Part shown: piece by piece, positions 1-10,162 of the stretch
Layout of the letters: the number at the start of each line of letters is the position of its first letter
How positions within the stretch are numbered: position 1 is the first letter of the stretch
Assembly (NCBI GenBank): GCA_963695095.1
Contig: CAVOFT010000001.1
Span: 3,296,001 to 3,360,000 of the forward strand
Reading direction: 5' to 3'
Length of the DNA stretch: 64,000 nt
DNA from: an uncultured bacterium
GTDB lineage: Bacteria; Krumholzibacteriota; Krumholzibacteriia; JACNKJ01
Made by a program: the position numbers and the translations under genes
Notes under the pieces: generated by a model
Told to the model about the DNA's origin: nothing
Seen by the model: the letters and a program-made list of their open reading frames with translations, nothing else
Database searches by the model: none

Positions 1-1
1 C

Positions 2-502
2 CGCTCGCTCACCGCCTTCGGCAGCCCCGAGAAGCGCTTCAAGGTGCTGATCCTGATCACCGACGGCGAGGGGCACGAGGGCGACGCCCTGGCCGCCGCC
101 AAGGAGGCGGCCGAGGAAGGCGTGGTCATCTTCACCATCGGCATCGGCACGCTGGACGGCTCCACGGTGCCCCTGCGCGATCCCGAGACCGGTCTGCTGC
201 GGGAGAACCTGCGCGATCGCTCGGGCAAGCCGGTCTTCACCCGCCTGAGCCGCCAGACGCTGCAAAAGGTGGCAGCCGCGACCGGCGGCGCCTACTATGA
301 GTCCGGCGGCGGCAACCTCGAGCTGGATCACCTGCAGCAGACCATCGCGCAGATGGAGACCCGCGAGCTGAGCGGCCGCCAGGCGCGCAAGCCCATCGAG
401 CGCTATCCGCTCTTCGTCGGCCTCGCGCTGGCAGCGCTGGCCGTGGAGTTCGCGCTCGCCGAGCGCCGCAAGGAGGAGACGGTATGGTCCGGACGGTTCT
501 AG
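2..502 (+). CDS. batB: BatB-like VWA domain protein (5' partial)
   Basis: Frame open from the window start; VWA motif ILITDGE, FTIGIGT, C-terminal TM; directly upstream of batC/batD-like genes. Confidence 0.8.
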   Translation, partial: RSLTAFGSPEKRFKVLILITDGEGHEGDALAAAKEAAEEGVVIFTIGIGTLDGSTVPLRDPETGLLRENLRDRSGKPVFTRLSRQTLQKVAAATGGAYYESGGGNLELDHLQQTIAQMETRELSGRQARKPIERYPLFVGLALAALAVEFALAERRKEETVWSGRF

Positions 503-1245
503 CGGCCCTGCTCCTGGCCTTCGCCGCGGCGAGCGCCGGCGCGGCCGAGCCGGCCCCCGAGCCGCCGCGCGTTCCCGTCGGCACGGCGCGGGCCAATGCG
601 AAGGCCAACGCGCTGGCCAGCGAGGGGAAGTTCGACGAGGCCGCCAAGCTCTATCGAGAGGAAGCGCTCAAGCGGCCGGAGAACGCCGTCCTCCAGCAGA
701 ATCTCGCCGGGGCGCTCGCCCGCTCCGGGCAGATGGAAGAGGGCCTGGCCGCCTACCAGCAGGCCCTGCGCTTCGCCAAGAGCCCCGCTGCGAAGGCCGG
801 CGTCCTCTACGATCTGGGCAATGCCCTGGCCGTGAGCGGCCAGCTCGAGCCCGCCCTGCAGACCTACATGGCCTCCATGCTGCTCGATCCCGAGGACATG
901 GACGCGCGCCACAACTACGAGCGCGTCCTGGCCGAGCTGCAGCAGCAGGAACAGCAGCAACAGCAGCAAGAGCAACAGCAGGATCAGCAGCAGAACCAGG
1001 ACCAGCAGAGCCAGCAGCAGCAACAGCAAGAGGAGCGGCAGGAACAGAAGCAGGAACAGCCGCAGGACGCCGAGCAGGAGCAGCAACAGGAGCAGCAGAT
1101 GCAGCCGCTGCCCGAGGGCGAGCAGATGGACCCCGAGGACGCCCGCCGCCTGCTCGACGCCATGCTCGAGGAGGAGAAGGAGCTGCAGGCCGAGCGCAAT
1201 CGTCAGCTGCAGCCCCGCGATCCGCGCATCGAGAAGGACTGGTAG
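484..1245 (+). CDS. batC: BatC-like TPR protein with Q-rich linker
   Basis: Signal peptide, TPR repeats (YDLGNAL, ARHNYE), Q/E-rich linker, typical EDARRLLDAM...EKDW end. Confidence 0.8.
   Translation: MVRTVLAALLLAFAAASAGAAEPAPEPPRVPVGTARANAKANALASEGKFDEAAKLYREEALKRPENAVLQQNLAGALARSGQMEEGLAAYQQALRFAKSPAAKAGVLYDLGNALAVSGQLEPALQTYMASMLLDPEDMDARHNYERVLAELQQQEQQQQQQEQQQDQQQNQDQQSQQQQQQEERQEQKQEQPQDAEQEQQQEQQMQPLPEGEQMDPEDARRLLDAMLEEEKELQAERNRQLQPRDPRIEKDW
938..1103 (+). repeat. CAG/CAA-rich low-complexity tract encoding poly-Q linker
   Basis: Imperfect CAG repeats translating to QQQEQQQQQQEQQQDQQQ... Confidence 0.85.
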
Positions 1246-1247
1246 CC

Positions 1248-3899
1248 ATGCGCCGGCGGCCCCTGCTCGTGTTCTGGATCCTGGTCGCGGCGCTGGCCAT
1301 CGGCCCGGCGCCCGCCCTGCGCGCCGAGGACGACGTGCGCATCGAGGCCGAGCTGGACACGCGCAACCTCGTCGAGGGCGAGTCCTTCAATCTCACGATC
1401 ACCATCGACGGCCCCATGCGCGGCAGCGAGACGCCGCTGATTCCCTCGCTGGCGGACTTCGCCCTCGCCGGCACGTCCAGCTCCAGCAGCTTCTCCTTCG
1501 TCAACGGCCAGACCAGCAGCTCGAAGATCTACCGCTACACGCTCGTGCCGCTCAGGAGCGGCAAGCTGGAGATCCCGGCCATCCCCGTGCGCGTGAAGGG
1601 CAAGGTCTACCAGACCAAGCCCTTCTCCTTGCAGGCGGCGCCGGCCGGCAGCGGAGCGCCGCAGCGGGGATCGCCACCGGCGGGACAACCTGCCGCCCCG
1701 CCCGCCGGGCGCCCAGGTCGCCAGGACGCCGGCGCCGGCAATCGCGAGGTCTTCGTCCGCTCCTGGCTGGACCGCGATCGCGTCTACGTGGGCCAGCAAC
1801 TCACCCACCACTTCGCCCTCTTCCGCCAGCCGACGGTGAGCTTCCTGGGCACGCCGCAGTACGCACCGCCCGAGTTCACCGGCTTCTGGACCGAGCCGCT
1901 CGGCGACGAGATCAGCGGCTTCCGCTCCGTCGACGGCGTGAGCTACGCGGCCACCGAGCTGCGCATGGCCCTCTTTCCCAGCGAACCGGGCACGCTCAAG
2001 GTGGGCGCCGCCGGCGTGCAGGTGCGCCTGCGCGATCGCAGCCGCTGGGACTTCTTCGCCTTCGACGCGGGGCCGGAGAAGCTCCTGCGCACGCCCGAGC
2101 TGAGCGTCGAGGTGCTGCCCTTGCCCGGCGAGGGGCGCCCCGCCGCCTTCCAGGGCACCGTGGCCGAGCAGCTCAGCGTGAACATGCGCGTCGACCCCGG
2201 CCCCTATGCGGTGGGCCAACCGCTCACGGTGACCATTCGCCTGACCGGTCTCGGCAACCCGCGGGCCTTCGGCGAGCCGACCTGGTCGCCAGGCGCCGCC
2301 TTCAAGGCTTATGACGCCGAGCTCCAGAGTCAGACCAAGGTGGACGGGGAGCGCATTCGCGTCGAGAAGCGCTTCACGCGCGTCATCGTCCCGCGCGAGG
2401 AAGGTCGCCTCGCGCTGCCGGGCCTCGAGTACGCCTGGTTCGATCCCGAGCAGGGCCGCTATCGCACGGCGACGACCCAGCCCACGACCTTGAGCGTGGC
2501 GCCCTCGACCGGGCAGGAGGCGGCGCCCGTCGTCTTCGGCGACCTCAGGCCCGACCGCGTGGAGTTGCTGGGCAAGGACATCCACCACATCAAGACCCAG
2601 CCCCTGCTGGCCGGCGACGGTGCGCGCTTTCCGCGCTCGCTCGGCTTCTGGCTCTTCCTCCTCACCCCCTGGCCCCTGGTCGCGGGCACCTGGATCTGGC
2701 GGCAGCGGCGCGACGCCGAGCTCGCCGACGCGGCCGGCACCCGCGCCCGCGGCGCGCTGCGCAGCGCCACCGGCCGCCTGCGCGCGGCCGAGCAAGCCCG
2801 GGCCGCGGGCGACTACGAGGGCTTCTGCACGGCGCTGGCCGGCGGCCTGCGCGGCTATCTGGCCGATCGGCTCAAGCTCTCCGCGGCGGGCCTCACCGAC
2901 GATGCCGCCGAGAGCGCGCTCGGCGCGGCCGGCGCCAGCGAGGAGGCCTGCGGCCTCACGCGCAGCCTGCTCGAGGATTGCGACTTCGCCCGCTTCGCGC
3001 CCGGCGCGGCCGAGATGCAGGGCGCGCGCATGGACGCCCTACTCGAGCGCGCGCGGCTGCTCATCGCCCGCCTCGATGGCGAGACGGCGGCGAGGCGCAG
3101 CGGGCGGCGCCTGCCGCGAGGGCTCGGGCTCTTCGCGCTGCTCGCCGGCGTCGCCTTCTGCGGGGTTGGCCTGGCCGCGGCGCCTCGCGCAGCCTGGGCC
3201 GCCGGCGATCCCACGCAGCGCATGGCCGATGCCGCGGCTCGCTACGAGGCCGGAGACATCGCCGGGGCCATGAGCGTCTGGGAATCGCTGGGCCGCGAGG
3301 GCCTGGCCGACAGCCGGCTCTACTACAACCTCGGCAACGCCTCCTACCAGCAGGGCGACATGGGCCGCGCCGTCCTCAACTATCGCCGCGCCCAGCGCCT
3401 GGCGCCCCGCGACGGCGAGCTGCGCGACAACCTCGCTCTCGCCCGGGCCCGCCGCGCCGACGGCGACCAGATGGCGGCCGGCGGCAGCGCCGCGGCCAGG
3501 GCTTGGCGCGGGCTGCGCGCGCGCGTCTCCCCGGGCGAGCTGGCGGTCTCGGGACTGGTCCTGCTCTGGCTGGCCGCGCTGCTGACCGTGGCCGGCATCC
3601 TGCGCTGGGCAAGCTGGCCGCGCCTGCGCTGGCCGCTCATCGCGCTCGGCATCGTGCTGCCGCTGGTTTCGATCGCGGCCTGGACGGCCGAGTGGCAGGA
3701 CTGGAGCGGCCGCGAGGCTGTGCTCCTCGCGCCGGCGGTGCAGGTGACCAGCGGACCGGGGGCGGACTTCCTCACCCTCTTCGAGGTTCACGCCGGCGCC
3801 GAGCTGCGCATCGAGGAGGAGCGCGGCGACTGGATGCGCGTCAGCCTCGGCGAGGCCCTCGAGGGCTGGATTCCGCGCGGCAGCTGCCAGACGCTCTAG
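1248..3899 (+). CDS. batD: BatD-BatE fusion protein (BatD Ig-like domains, TM, TPR, SH3b)
   Basis: N-half BatD-like (SSSFSFVNG, YVGQQL, AWFDP); C-part YYNLGNASYQQG..AVLNYRRA TPR, two TMs and SH3-like GPG..FEVHAG..EGWI, as in BatE. Confidence 0.8.
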   Translation: MRRRPLLVFWILVAALAIGPAPALRAEDDVRIEAELDTRNLVEGESFNLTITIDGPMRGSETPLIPSLADFALAGTSSSSSFSFVNGQTSSSKIYRYTLVPLRSGKLEIPAIPVRVKGKVYQTKPFSLQAAPAGSGAPQRGSPPAGQPAAPPAGRPGRQDAGAGNREVFVRSWLDRDRVYVGQQLTHHFALFRQPTVSFLGTPQYAPPEFTGFWTEPLGDEISGFRSVDGVSYAATELRMALFPSEPGTLKVGAAGVQVRLRDRSRWDFFAFDAGPEKLLRTPELSVEVLPLPGEGRPAAFQGTVAEQLSVNMRVDPGPYAVGQPLTVTIRLTGLGNPRAFGEPTWSPGAAFKAYDAELQSQTKVDGERIRVEKRFTRVIVPREEGRLALPGLEYAWFDPEQGRYRTATTQPTTLSVAPSTGQEAAPVVFGDLRPDRVELLGKDIHHIKTQPLLAGDGARFPRSLGFWLFLLTPWPLVAGTWIWRQRRDAELADAAGTRARGALRSATGRLRAAEQARAAGDYEGFCTALAGGLRGYLADRLKLSAAGLTDDAAESALGAAGASEEACGLTRSLLEDCDFARFAPGAAEMQGARMDALLERARLLIARLDGETAARRSGRRLPRGLGLFALLAGVAFCGVGLAAAPRAAWAAGDPTQRMADAAARYEAGDIAGAMSVWESLGREGLADSRLYYNLGNASYQQGDMGRAVLNYRRAQRLAPRDGELRDNLALARARRADGDQMAAGGSAAARAWRGLRARVSPGELAVSGLVLLWLAALLTVAGILRWASWPRLRWPLIALGIVLPLVSIAAWTAEWQDWSGREAVLLAPAVQVTSGPGADFLTLFEVHAGAELRIEEERGDWMRVSLGEALEGWIPRGSCQTL

Positions 3900-3907
3900 C
3901 GACTCGC

Positions 3908-5713
3908 CTAGCTCCGGCGCGCGCCCCCGAGGATCTCGAAGCGGGGGGGCGAGGGCGCCGTCTTGGCGGGTGCCCGCCGCTGCGACAGCAGCTCGAAGGC
4001 CGGCGCGGGCGCGGAAGCCGCGGGGCGGGCGGACATTCGCGTCGGCGCGGGCTCCCTCGGCGCCGATGTCGCGCCGGTTTCCCGCAGCGGGGCCATGCTC
4101 ACGTCGCGCACGGAGACCACCGAACCCGTCGCCGCCGGCAACAGCTCGAGCAGCTTGCGCGTGGCGCCGAGCTGGCGGGCGAGGGTGAGCAGCAACTCCT
4201 GCAACTCATCGATGCCCTTCTGCCAGGCGGCCAGCTCGGCCGGCCGCGACGCCTCCTTGCCCCGCAGCAGGCGCTGCGGCAGGCGCCCGAGTCCGCTCTG
4301 CAGGGCCGTCATCACGCCCACCGTGAGGTGCAGGGAGCTGGTGAGCTGCTGATAGCTGTGGGTGTCGACGCCCGCGCGCAGGCCGCTGCGCGGCAGGCGC
4401 GCGAGGCGCTGCTCCGTTTCGGCCAGGGGATCGATCAGCTGGCCGATCTCGCGGCCCAGGCGCGCGAAGACGTCCACGCCCTGCTTGACGGCGGGCGCGA
4501 GCGCGGCGTCCTCCCGGCAATGGCCGGCCTGCGACTCCAGGCCCCGCAGCAACTCGGCCAGTCCGGCCGCCCGCCGCAGGGCGTGCAGCGCGGAGCCCGG
4601 TCCCCGGCCGCCCAACGGATCGCGGCGATGTTCGGCCAGGGCCTCGCTGCCGTCGGCCAGGGCGTGGAGCGTGCCCTGCAGGGTGCCGAGCACGGTGGCG
4701 AGCAGTTCGTAGGCCTTCTCGGCCGGCGTGAGCGGTCCGCGCGGCGCGGCCATCGGGGGCCGCCTGGAGGGCAGGGGAAGCCGGACGGCAAGCCTCCGCT
4801 TCAGAAGGCCGAGCCCAAGCAGCAGCAGCACGACCAGCGCCGAGGTCGTGAAGACGCGGCCCGGCCAGGGGGCCATCTCCGTCAGGCTGGGCAGGGTCGC
4901 CAGCAATACCTGCCACTGGCGCTGGAAGGCTGCAGCGTGGGGCTGATAGGCGCGCAGGGTCCAGGTGGCGCCATCTCCGAGCACGATCGGGTAGTCGGCC
5001 ACGTCATACTCGAGGCTGCCGAGAGCGGGCTCGCCGCCCGCCAGCAGGCGGCCTTCGCCGTCCAGCAGGGCCACGGCGCTGCCGGCCTCGGCACCGGGCT
5101 CGCCGGCCGCAGCCTCGACGCGGGCCGCCAGAGGCGCGAAGCGCAGGCAGTGGCTGAGCAGGGCGACGAGCCGCCGACCCGCGAAGACGGGCACCGTCAC
5201 GCGCAGGCAGCCCTCCTCCTCGGGGTAGACGCGCAGCAGATCGGGGTCATCATCCGGCCCATCGATGCGCGGCTGGGCCTTGGCGCCCGCGGCCGCGAGG
5301 GCGAGGAACCAGGGGCGCTGGCGATAGTCGTCGATGTAGAGGCTCTGCGTCGCCAGGGGCTGCTCGGCGGCGTCGTGCGCATTGATGGCGACGAGCTGGC
5401 CATCGAGATCCACGAGCTGGGTGAGCAGGAGGCCGTCGACATTGGCCACCGTGCGATCCATCAGGGCGACGATCGCGTTGTCCTGCCAGGGCCGGTACCA
5501 GTGCTCGTGATGGCGGAAGAGCGGGTCGCCGGCGTAGGCCGCCATGAAGTCGCGCTGCCGCGCAAGCTCGCCCTCGATCTGGGTTGCCAGCAGCGCCGGT
5601 GCGGTTTCAGCGGCCGGCAGCGCGGTGCCCGGAGCCGGGAGGGCAGGGCCGCAGAGGACCAGGAGCAGGAAGGCAGCAGGCCGCAGGCGGCGGGATCGCT
5701 GACGAGCTGGCAC
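3908..5713 (-). CDS. Membrane sensor with Cache-like periplasmic domain and helical cytoplasmic tail (degenerate MCP-like)
   Basis: Signal/TM AAFLLLVLCG; Cache-like LVDLDGQLVA..YRQRPWF, ALLDGEGRLLA; TM ALVVLLLLGLGLL; GTG start at 5713 inferred. Confidence 0.5.
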   Translation of the reverse strand: MPARQRSRRLRPAAFLLLVLCGPALPAPGTALPAAETAPALLATQIEGELARQRDFMAAYAGDPLFRHHEHWYRPWQDNAIVALMDRTVANVDGLLLTQLVDLDGQLVAINAHDAAEQPLATQSLYIDDYRQRPWFLALAAAGAKAQPRIDGPDDDPDLLRVYPEEEGCLRVTVPVFAGRRLVALLSHCLRFAPLAARVEAAAGEPGAEAGSAVALLDGEGRLLAGGEPALGSLEYDVADYPIVLGDGATWTLRAYQPHAAAFQRQWQVLLATLPSLTEMAPWPGRVFTTSALVVLLLLGLGLLKRRLAVRLPLPSRRPPMAAPRGPLTPAEKAYELLATVLGTLQGTLHALADGSEALAEHRRDPLGGRGPGSALHALRRAAGLAELLRGLESQAGHCREDAALAPAVKQGVDVFARLGREIGQLIDPLAETEQRLARLPRSGLRAGVDTHSYQQLTSSLHLTVGVMTALQSGLGRLPQRLLRGKEASRPAELAAWQKGIDELQELLLTLARQLGATRKLLELLPAATGSVVSVRDVSMAPLRETGATSAPREPAPTRMSARPAASAPAPAFELLSQRRAPAKTAPSPPRFEILGGARRS

Positions 5714-5997
5714 CAGGCACCCCCGAGCTGGGGCGGCGAAGGTGGCGGACGCTTTTCGTCCAGCCGGCGGATCGGGATCGACCGCCGGCCGCCACCCGGG
5801 CGGCGGGCCTTCGGCGGCGCCCTCGGCAAGCGCTTGAGCCGCCACGCCTTGGACGCCAGGCCCGCGCGTTGCCGCCGCGGACAAGCTCACCTGTGCAAGC
5901 GCCGTGCAGAGTCTGCCGCCCCGCTGGCCGCATGCAGCGGCTTGACAGCTTGGCCCACGCCGGGCTTCTCTCGCGCGGTCGTAGCTGGGGAGCGCGC

Positions 5998-7402
5998 ATG
6001 GTGAACGAGCAGGATCTGCCGGAGGCCGTGGACGAGGAGCTCGTCCGCCGCGCGACGCGCATCTCCACCGTGGAAGGCGCGCTGGCGCAGGTGCACTTCA
6101 CGATCGCCCAGCCGGGCAGCGTCTTCACGACGAAGTTCGCGCTGCTGCTCGGCGCCAGCCCGCTGCAGCTCGGCCTGCTCGCCGCCATCGGCCAGTTCGC
6201 GCTGCTCTTCCAGCCGCTCGGCAGCCTGCTCACCCGCAATCGCCGTTCGCGGCGCGGCACCGTGGTGGCCTGGGCAGCCAGCAGCCGCCTCCTCGTGTTC
6301 GGCTTCGGACTCGGCGCCCTGTTCCTGGCGCCGACCGCCGCACTCGCGCTCTTCCTGGTCCTGCTGCTGCTCAGTGCGGTGACCCAGGCCGTGAGCGCCA
6401 ACATGTGGGTGGCCTGGATCAGCGACCTCATCCCGAAGTCGATCCGCGGGCGCTTCTTCGCGCGGCGCTCGCAGTGGCTGCTGGTGGCGGGGACCCTGGC
6501 CGGCGCGGCGCTGGGCCTGCTCGTCGACGGCATGCAGAAGGCGGGCGCCTGGCCGCTGCTCGCCCGGCCGGCCTGGGCCCGCGCCGACAACCTGCTGCCG
6601 GCCTTCGCCTGGCTCTTCGCCGGCGCGGCGCTGGTCGGCGGCATCGGGCAGCTTGCTGCTGTGGCGCCAGCCCGAGCAGCCGAAGCCGCGCGAGGTGGAC
6701 AGCGCCGCCACCTTGCTCCTGGCGCCCTTTCGCGATCCGAACTTCCGCCGCCTGCTCGTCTTCGCCGTCTGGTGGATGCTCGCCGTCGGCGTCGGCGCGC
6801 CCTTCTGGCAGCCCTTCATGATCGACAACCTGGCGATGCCCCTGGTCGAGATCCAGATCTACAGCGCGATCAGCACCGCGGCCTCGCTGCTGTCGCTCAG
6901 CTTCTGGGGTCGCCTCGTCGACCGGCTGGGCAACCGCACGGCGATGGCGCTGTCCATCATCATGGGCGGCTTCATCCCCCAGGCCTGGCTCTTCGTGGGG
7001 CCGGGAGACTACGGCATCCTCTACGTGGAGGCCCTCTTCTCGGGAGTGATGTGGGCGGGAGCGGGCCTCGTGGGCACGAACTTCGTGCTCGCCATCGCGC
7101 CGGCCAACCGGAGACAGGCCTACGCCGGCCTCTACGGCGCCTGCGCGGGGCTCGCCATGATGGTCACCATGCTGCTCTCGGGCGCCTTCCTGCCGCGGCC
7201 GATCGACATCGGGCCAATGCACCTGCAGTCCGAGCAGGTGCTCTTCGGCGCCACGGGCTTGCTGCGCTGGACGGCGCTGATCCCGCTCTTGCTCATCGCC
7301 GAGCCCCAGGTGCCGACGACCGCCGAGGCCTTCGTCACGCTGCAGAACTACGCGCGGGTGCGCATCGCCATGGCCGTGGGACGCATCGCCCGGCGGCGCT
7401 GA
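5998..7402 (+). CDS. MFS transporter (frameshift near 6650)
   Basis: Multiple TMs; WISDLIP..RGRFF and WGRLVDRLGNR loop motifs split across ORFs 5584..7560 and 6653..7402. Confidence 0.8.
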
Positions 7403-7556
7403 GCGGGTCGGCAACCCGCAGGTGCAGGCGGCAGCCCACCCCGGCCCTGCCGGTCTCGCCATTCTCGCGAAACCCTGCGCAGTCCCTCCCGGTCCAAACG
7501 GGCGTACCCCCAACAGCCCGTAGCCACTCTCACCGACGCTCCGGAGGATTCACGGC

Positions 7557-9041
7557 ATGAGACCACTTCGCCTCCCGATCCTGCTCGCCTTCACCGTGGC
7601 GGCCGCGCCGGCAGCGGCCGGCGTGCAGCAAGTCGCCGACCCGGCCTTCCATGTCGCCGTCGCGCAGCCGGCCTTCACCGAAAGACCGCTGCGGGTGCTC
7701 TTCGACGAAGCCCACCACAACTTCCACTCGCTGCAGGGGCGCTACCGCCCCTTCGCTGCGCTGCTCGAGGCCGATGGTTGCCGACTCACGCCCGGCACGC
7801 AGCCCTTCACGCGCTCGCTACTGGCCGCCTGCGACCTGCTCGTGATCGTCAACGCAGCGGGCGATGACCTCGTCGCCGGGACCGAGGCCTCGGTCGCTCG
7901 CGCGGCCTTCACCCCCGCCGAGATCGAGGCCGTGCACGTCTGGGTCGAGGCGGGCGGCCGCCTCTTCCTGATCGCCGGGCACACGCCCTTCGGCGAGGCC
8001 GCCGCGTGCCTTGCCCAGCGCTTCGGCGTGGACATGGGCAGGGGCTTCACCCTGGACAGCACGCTGGCGCTGGCCGGTCAGCAGAGTCCCTTCGTCATGG
8101 ACTTCACGCGGGCAGGCGGCAGGCTGGGCGAGCATCCGATCATGGCGGGCCGCAGTGCCGCGGAGGAGATCACCAGGTTGATCGCCTTCACGGGCCAGTC
8201 GCTGCGGGGCCCGCGGGACGCGACGCCGCTTCTCCTGCTGTCCCCGGCCGCCCTCGACCTGCCGCCCTCGGCGCAGGCCGCCGGGGACGACCTGGAGGCG
8301 ATGCACCGGCTAGCCCTGCCGGCGGCGGGCCGCGCCGTCGGCGTCGCGCTCGTGGCCGGCCAGGGGCGTGTCGTCGTGATCGGAGAGCCCGGCATGCTGA
8401 CGGCCGAGATCGTCACCGAACCGGACCGCGAGCCGCAGCGGATCGGGATGAATGTCGCGGGCACCGACAATGTGCAGTTCGTGCTGAACATCGTCCACTG
8501 GCTGGCCGGCCTCCTGCCGGCGGACGCGGAGCCGGCGGGCGCCGTGGACGCGGTGGGGCTCGCGGATCGCTCGCGGCCGGAGGCCGCGCCGCCGTCCGCA
8601 GCAAACCCGGCGGCGACCGGCACCCTGCCGGACTTCTCGGGCACCTGGCGCCTCGCCGCGCAGGAGACGGAGGCCTGGCGCGGGCAGGGCTCGATCGGCA
8701 ATCATGAGGAGCCCGTGCGCATCGAGCAGACGGCGACGCAGCTCTCGTTCGCGGTGCAGTCCGCCGATCCGACGGGTCGCTTCCACTACGACCTGATCCC
8801 GAAGGCCGGCACGGGCGGCCCCAAGCAGGATGCTGAGCAGTGGAGTTCCGCCACCTGGGACGGCCAGAAGCTCGTCACGCGCGGACACCGCCTGTTCAAC
8901 ACGCCGAAGGGGCCCAAGGCCTACGACTTCGAAGAGGAACGCAGGCTCCTGCCGGGCGGCGAGCGGATGCAGGTCAAGACGCGGATCGAGATGTGGCCTT
9001 CCGATCTGGTTCGCAGCACCGAGTACGAGCGCGTGCACTGA
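7557..9041 (+). CDS. Secreted class-I GATase-like/DUF4350-like protein with C-terminal beta-barrel-like domain
   Basis: GGAGG RBS, signal peptide, RVLFDEAHHNFH, WVEAGGRLFLI, GQGRVVVIGE, NIVHWL; second domain begins PDFSGTWRL. Confidence 0.6.
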   Translation: MRPLRLPILLAFTVAAAPAAAGVQQVADPAFHVAVAQPAFTERPLRVLFDEAHHNFHSLQGRYRPFAALLEADGCRLTPGTQPFTRSLLAACDLLVIVNAAGDDLVAGTEASVARAAFTPAEIEAVHVWVEAGGRLFLIAGHTPFGEAAACLAQRFGVDMGRGFTLDSTLALAGQQSPFVMDFTRAGGRLGEHPIMAGRSAAEEITRLIAFTGQSLRGPRDATPLLLLSPAALDLPPSAQAAGDDLEAMHRLALPAAGRAVGVALVAGQGRVVVIGEPGMLTAEIVTEPDREPQRIGMNVAGTDNVQFVLNIVHWLAGLLPADAEPAGAVDAVGLADRSRPEAAPPSAANPAATGTLPDFSGTWRLAAQETEAWRGQGSIGNHEEPVRIEQTATQLSFAVQSADPTGRFHYDLIPKAGTGGPKQDAEQWSSATWDGQKLVTRGHRLFNTPKGPKAYDFEEERRLLPGGERMQVKTRIEMWPSDLVRSTEYERVH

Positions 9042-9065
9042 GGCTAACGACCGGCGGCGGCACGC

Positions 9066-10038
9066 TCAGCCCGCGGCGGATTGACTGAGCGTGATGCGAT
9101 CCTTGTTCACTGTGAGCCAGCGCGAGAAGTCCTGAAGCTCCGGATGCAGCCGGCGGGATTCTTCGACCGAACGCGCGGCGCAGAAGTCCGCCTCGAAGTC
9201 GTGCTTGAACTGGAACATGTTGCCCAGGTCCTCGGCCCCCGGGAAGTCGAGGCCGCGGTACGTCTCGAAGGGAACGGCGACGTAGCGCACCGGGCGGCCG
9301 AGGGCCTTGCCGAGAGCGGCGGCCATCTCCGCTCCGCTCAGGTGTTCGCCCGGCGATGCCCACGGTCTTGCCCACGAGCTCGGCTCCGCGCTTGAAGATG
9401 CCGTACGCGCAGGGGCCGATGTCCGCGGCCGCGATTCCCGGGAGCTTGCGCTCGCCCATGGGCAGGGCGAAGACCAGCTCCCCGTCCGCGCCGGGCTGGG
9501 GTCCCATGCCGAAGTGGATGAGGTTGTCCCAGTAGAACGAGGTGAGCAGAATGGTCGTCGGGCACGCCGGCATCGGCGAAGAAGTGGTCGGACTGCGCCC
9601 TTGGCGTCGAAGTGCGGCACCTTGTACTCCCCCATGAGCGTGGGCATGCTGGTCGCTCGTCCAGGGGCACCCACCTGCGCGTGTCCTCCAGCGTGGACCA
9701 GACGACGTGCTGTACCCCGGCCGCGCCCGCGGCCTCGGCCATCGGTCTCGCCTGGGCCATCTCCTTGTCCGGCGAGAAGTGCTCCCAGAAGTTGGTGACG
9801 CAGAAGGCGCCGTAGGCGCCGGCGAAGGCGCGGCGCACGGAGGCGGCGTCGTCCAGGTCGGCGGCCACCAGCTCGGCGCCGGCCGCGGCCAGGGCCCTCG
9901 CCGGGTCCGAATCGACCTTGCGCGTGATGGCGCGCAGCGGCGAAGGGTCCCTGGGTGTCGTGCCAGGATCGCACGCGCGAGACCGCCGCCCTGGGCGCCG
10001 GTCGCGCCGACGACGGCGATGATTTTCTTCGTTGCCAT
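9066..10038 (-). CDS. NmrA/HSCARG family NAD(P)-binding protein (several frameshifts)
   Basis: IAVVGATGAQGG, AFAGAYGAFCVTNFWE, VVWSTLED, KVPHFDAKG, TSFYWDN, EDLGNMFQF spread over three frames. Confidence 0.85.
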
Positions 10039-10098
10039 GAGGCCTCCAGTAAGCGTGAGGGGAAAAGCAGCGGCCGCGGCTCGCCCGCAGATGCCGTC

Positions 10099-10127
10099 AA
10101 GGTAGGGCCTGGCAGCGTTAGATACAA
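10099..10127 (-). promoter_or_regulatory. Putative sigma70 promoter for NmrA-like gene
   Basis: TTGTAT-17 bp-TACCTT on the minus strand about 60 bp upstream of the start. Confidence 0.4.
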
Positions 10128-10162
10128 TGCATCGGGCTTGACGCCTCGGAGTATGCGGTCCA

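Noticed and set aside
938..1103. CAG-rich repeats as a possible CRISPR or VNTR
   Set aside because: Encodes the ordinary Q-rich linker of BatC; no repeat-spacer structure
2978..6004. Very long alternative-frame ORFs (e.g. 2978..6004 +, 33344..36220 +, 45734..49657 +, 59885..63682 -)
   Set aside because: Arg/Ala/Gly/Pro-rich shadows of real genes caused by stop-codon scarcity at high GC; no recognisable motifs
9040..10125. GGCTAAC after the stop at 9041 and GCGTTAGAT near 10115 as integron attC ends
   Set aside because: About 1 kb apart around a whole gene, no attC hairpin, and no integrase in the window
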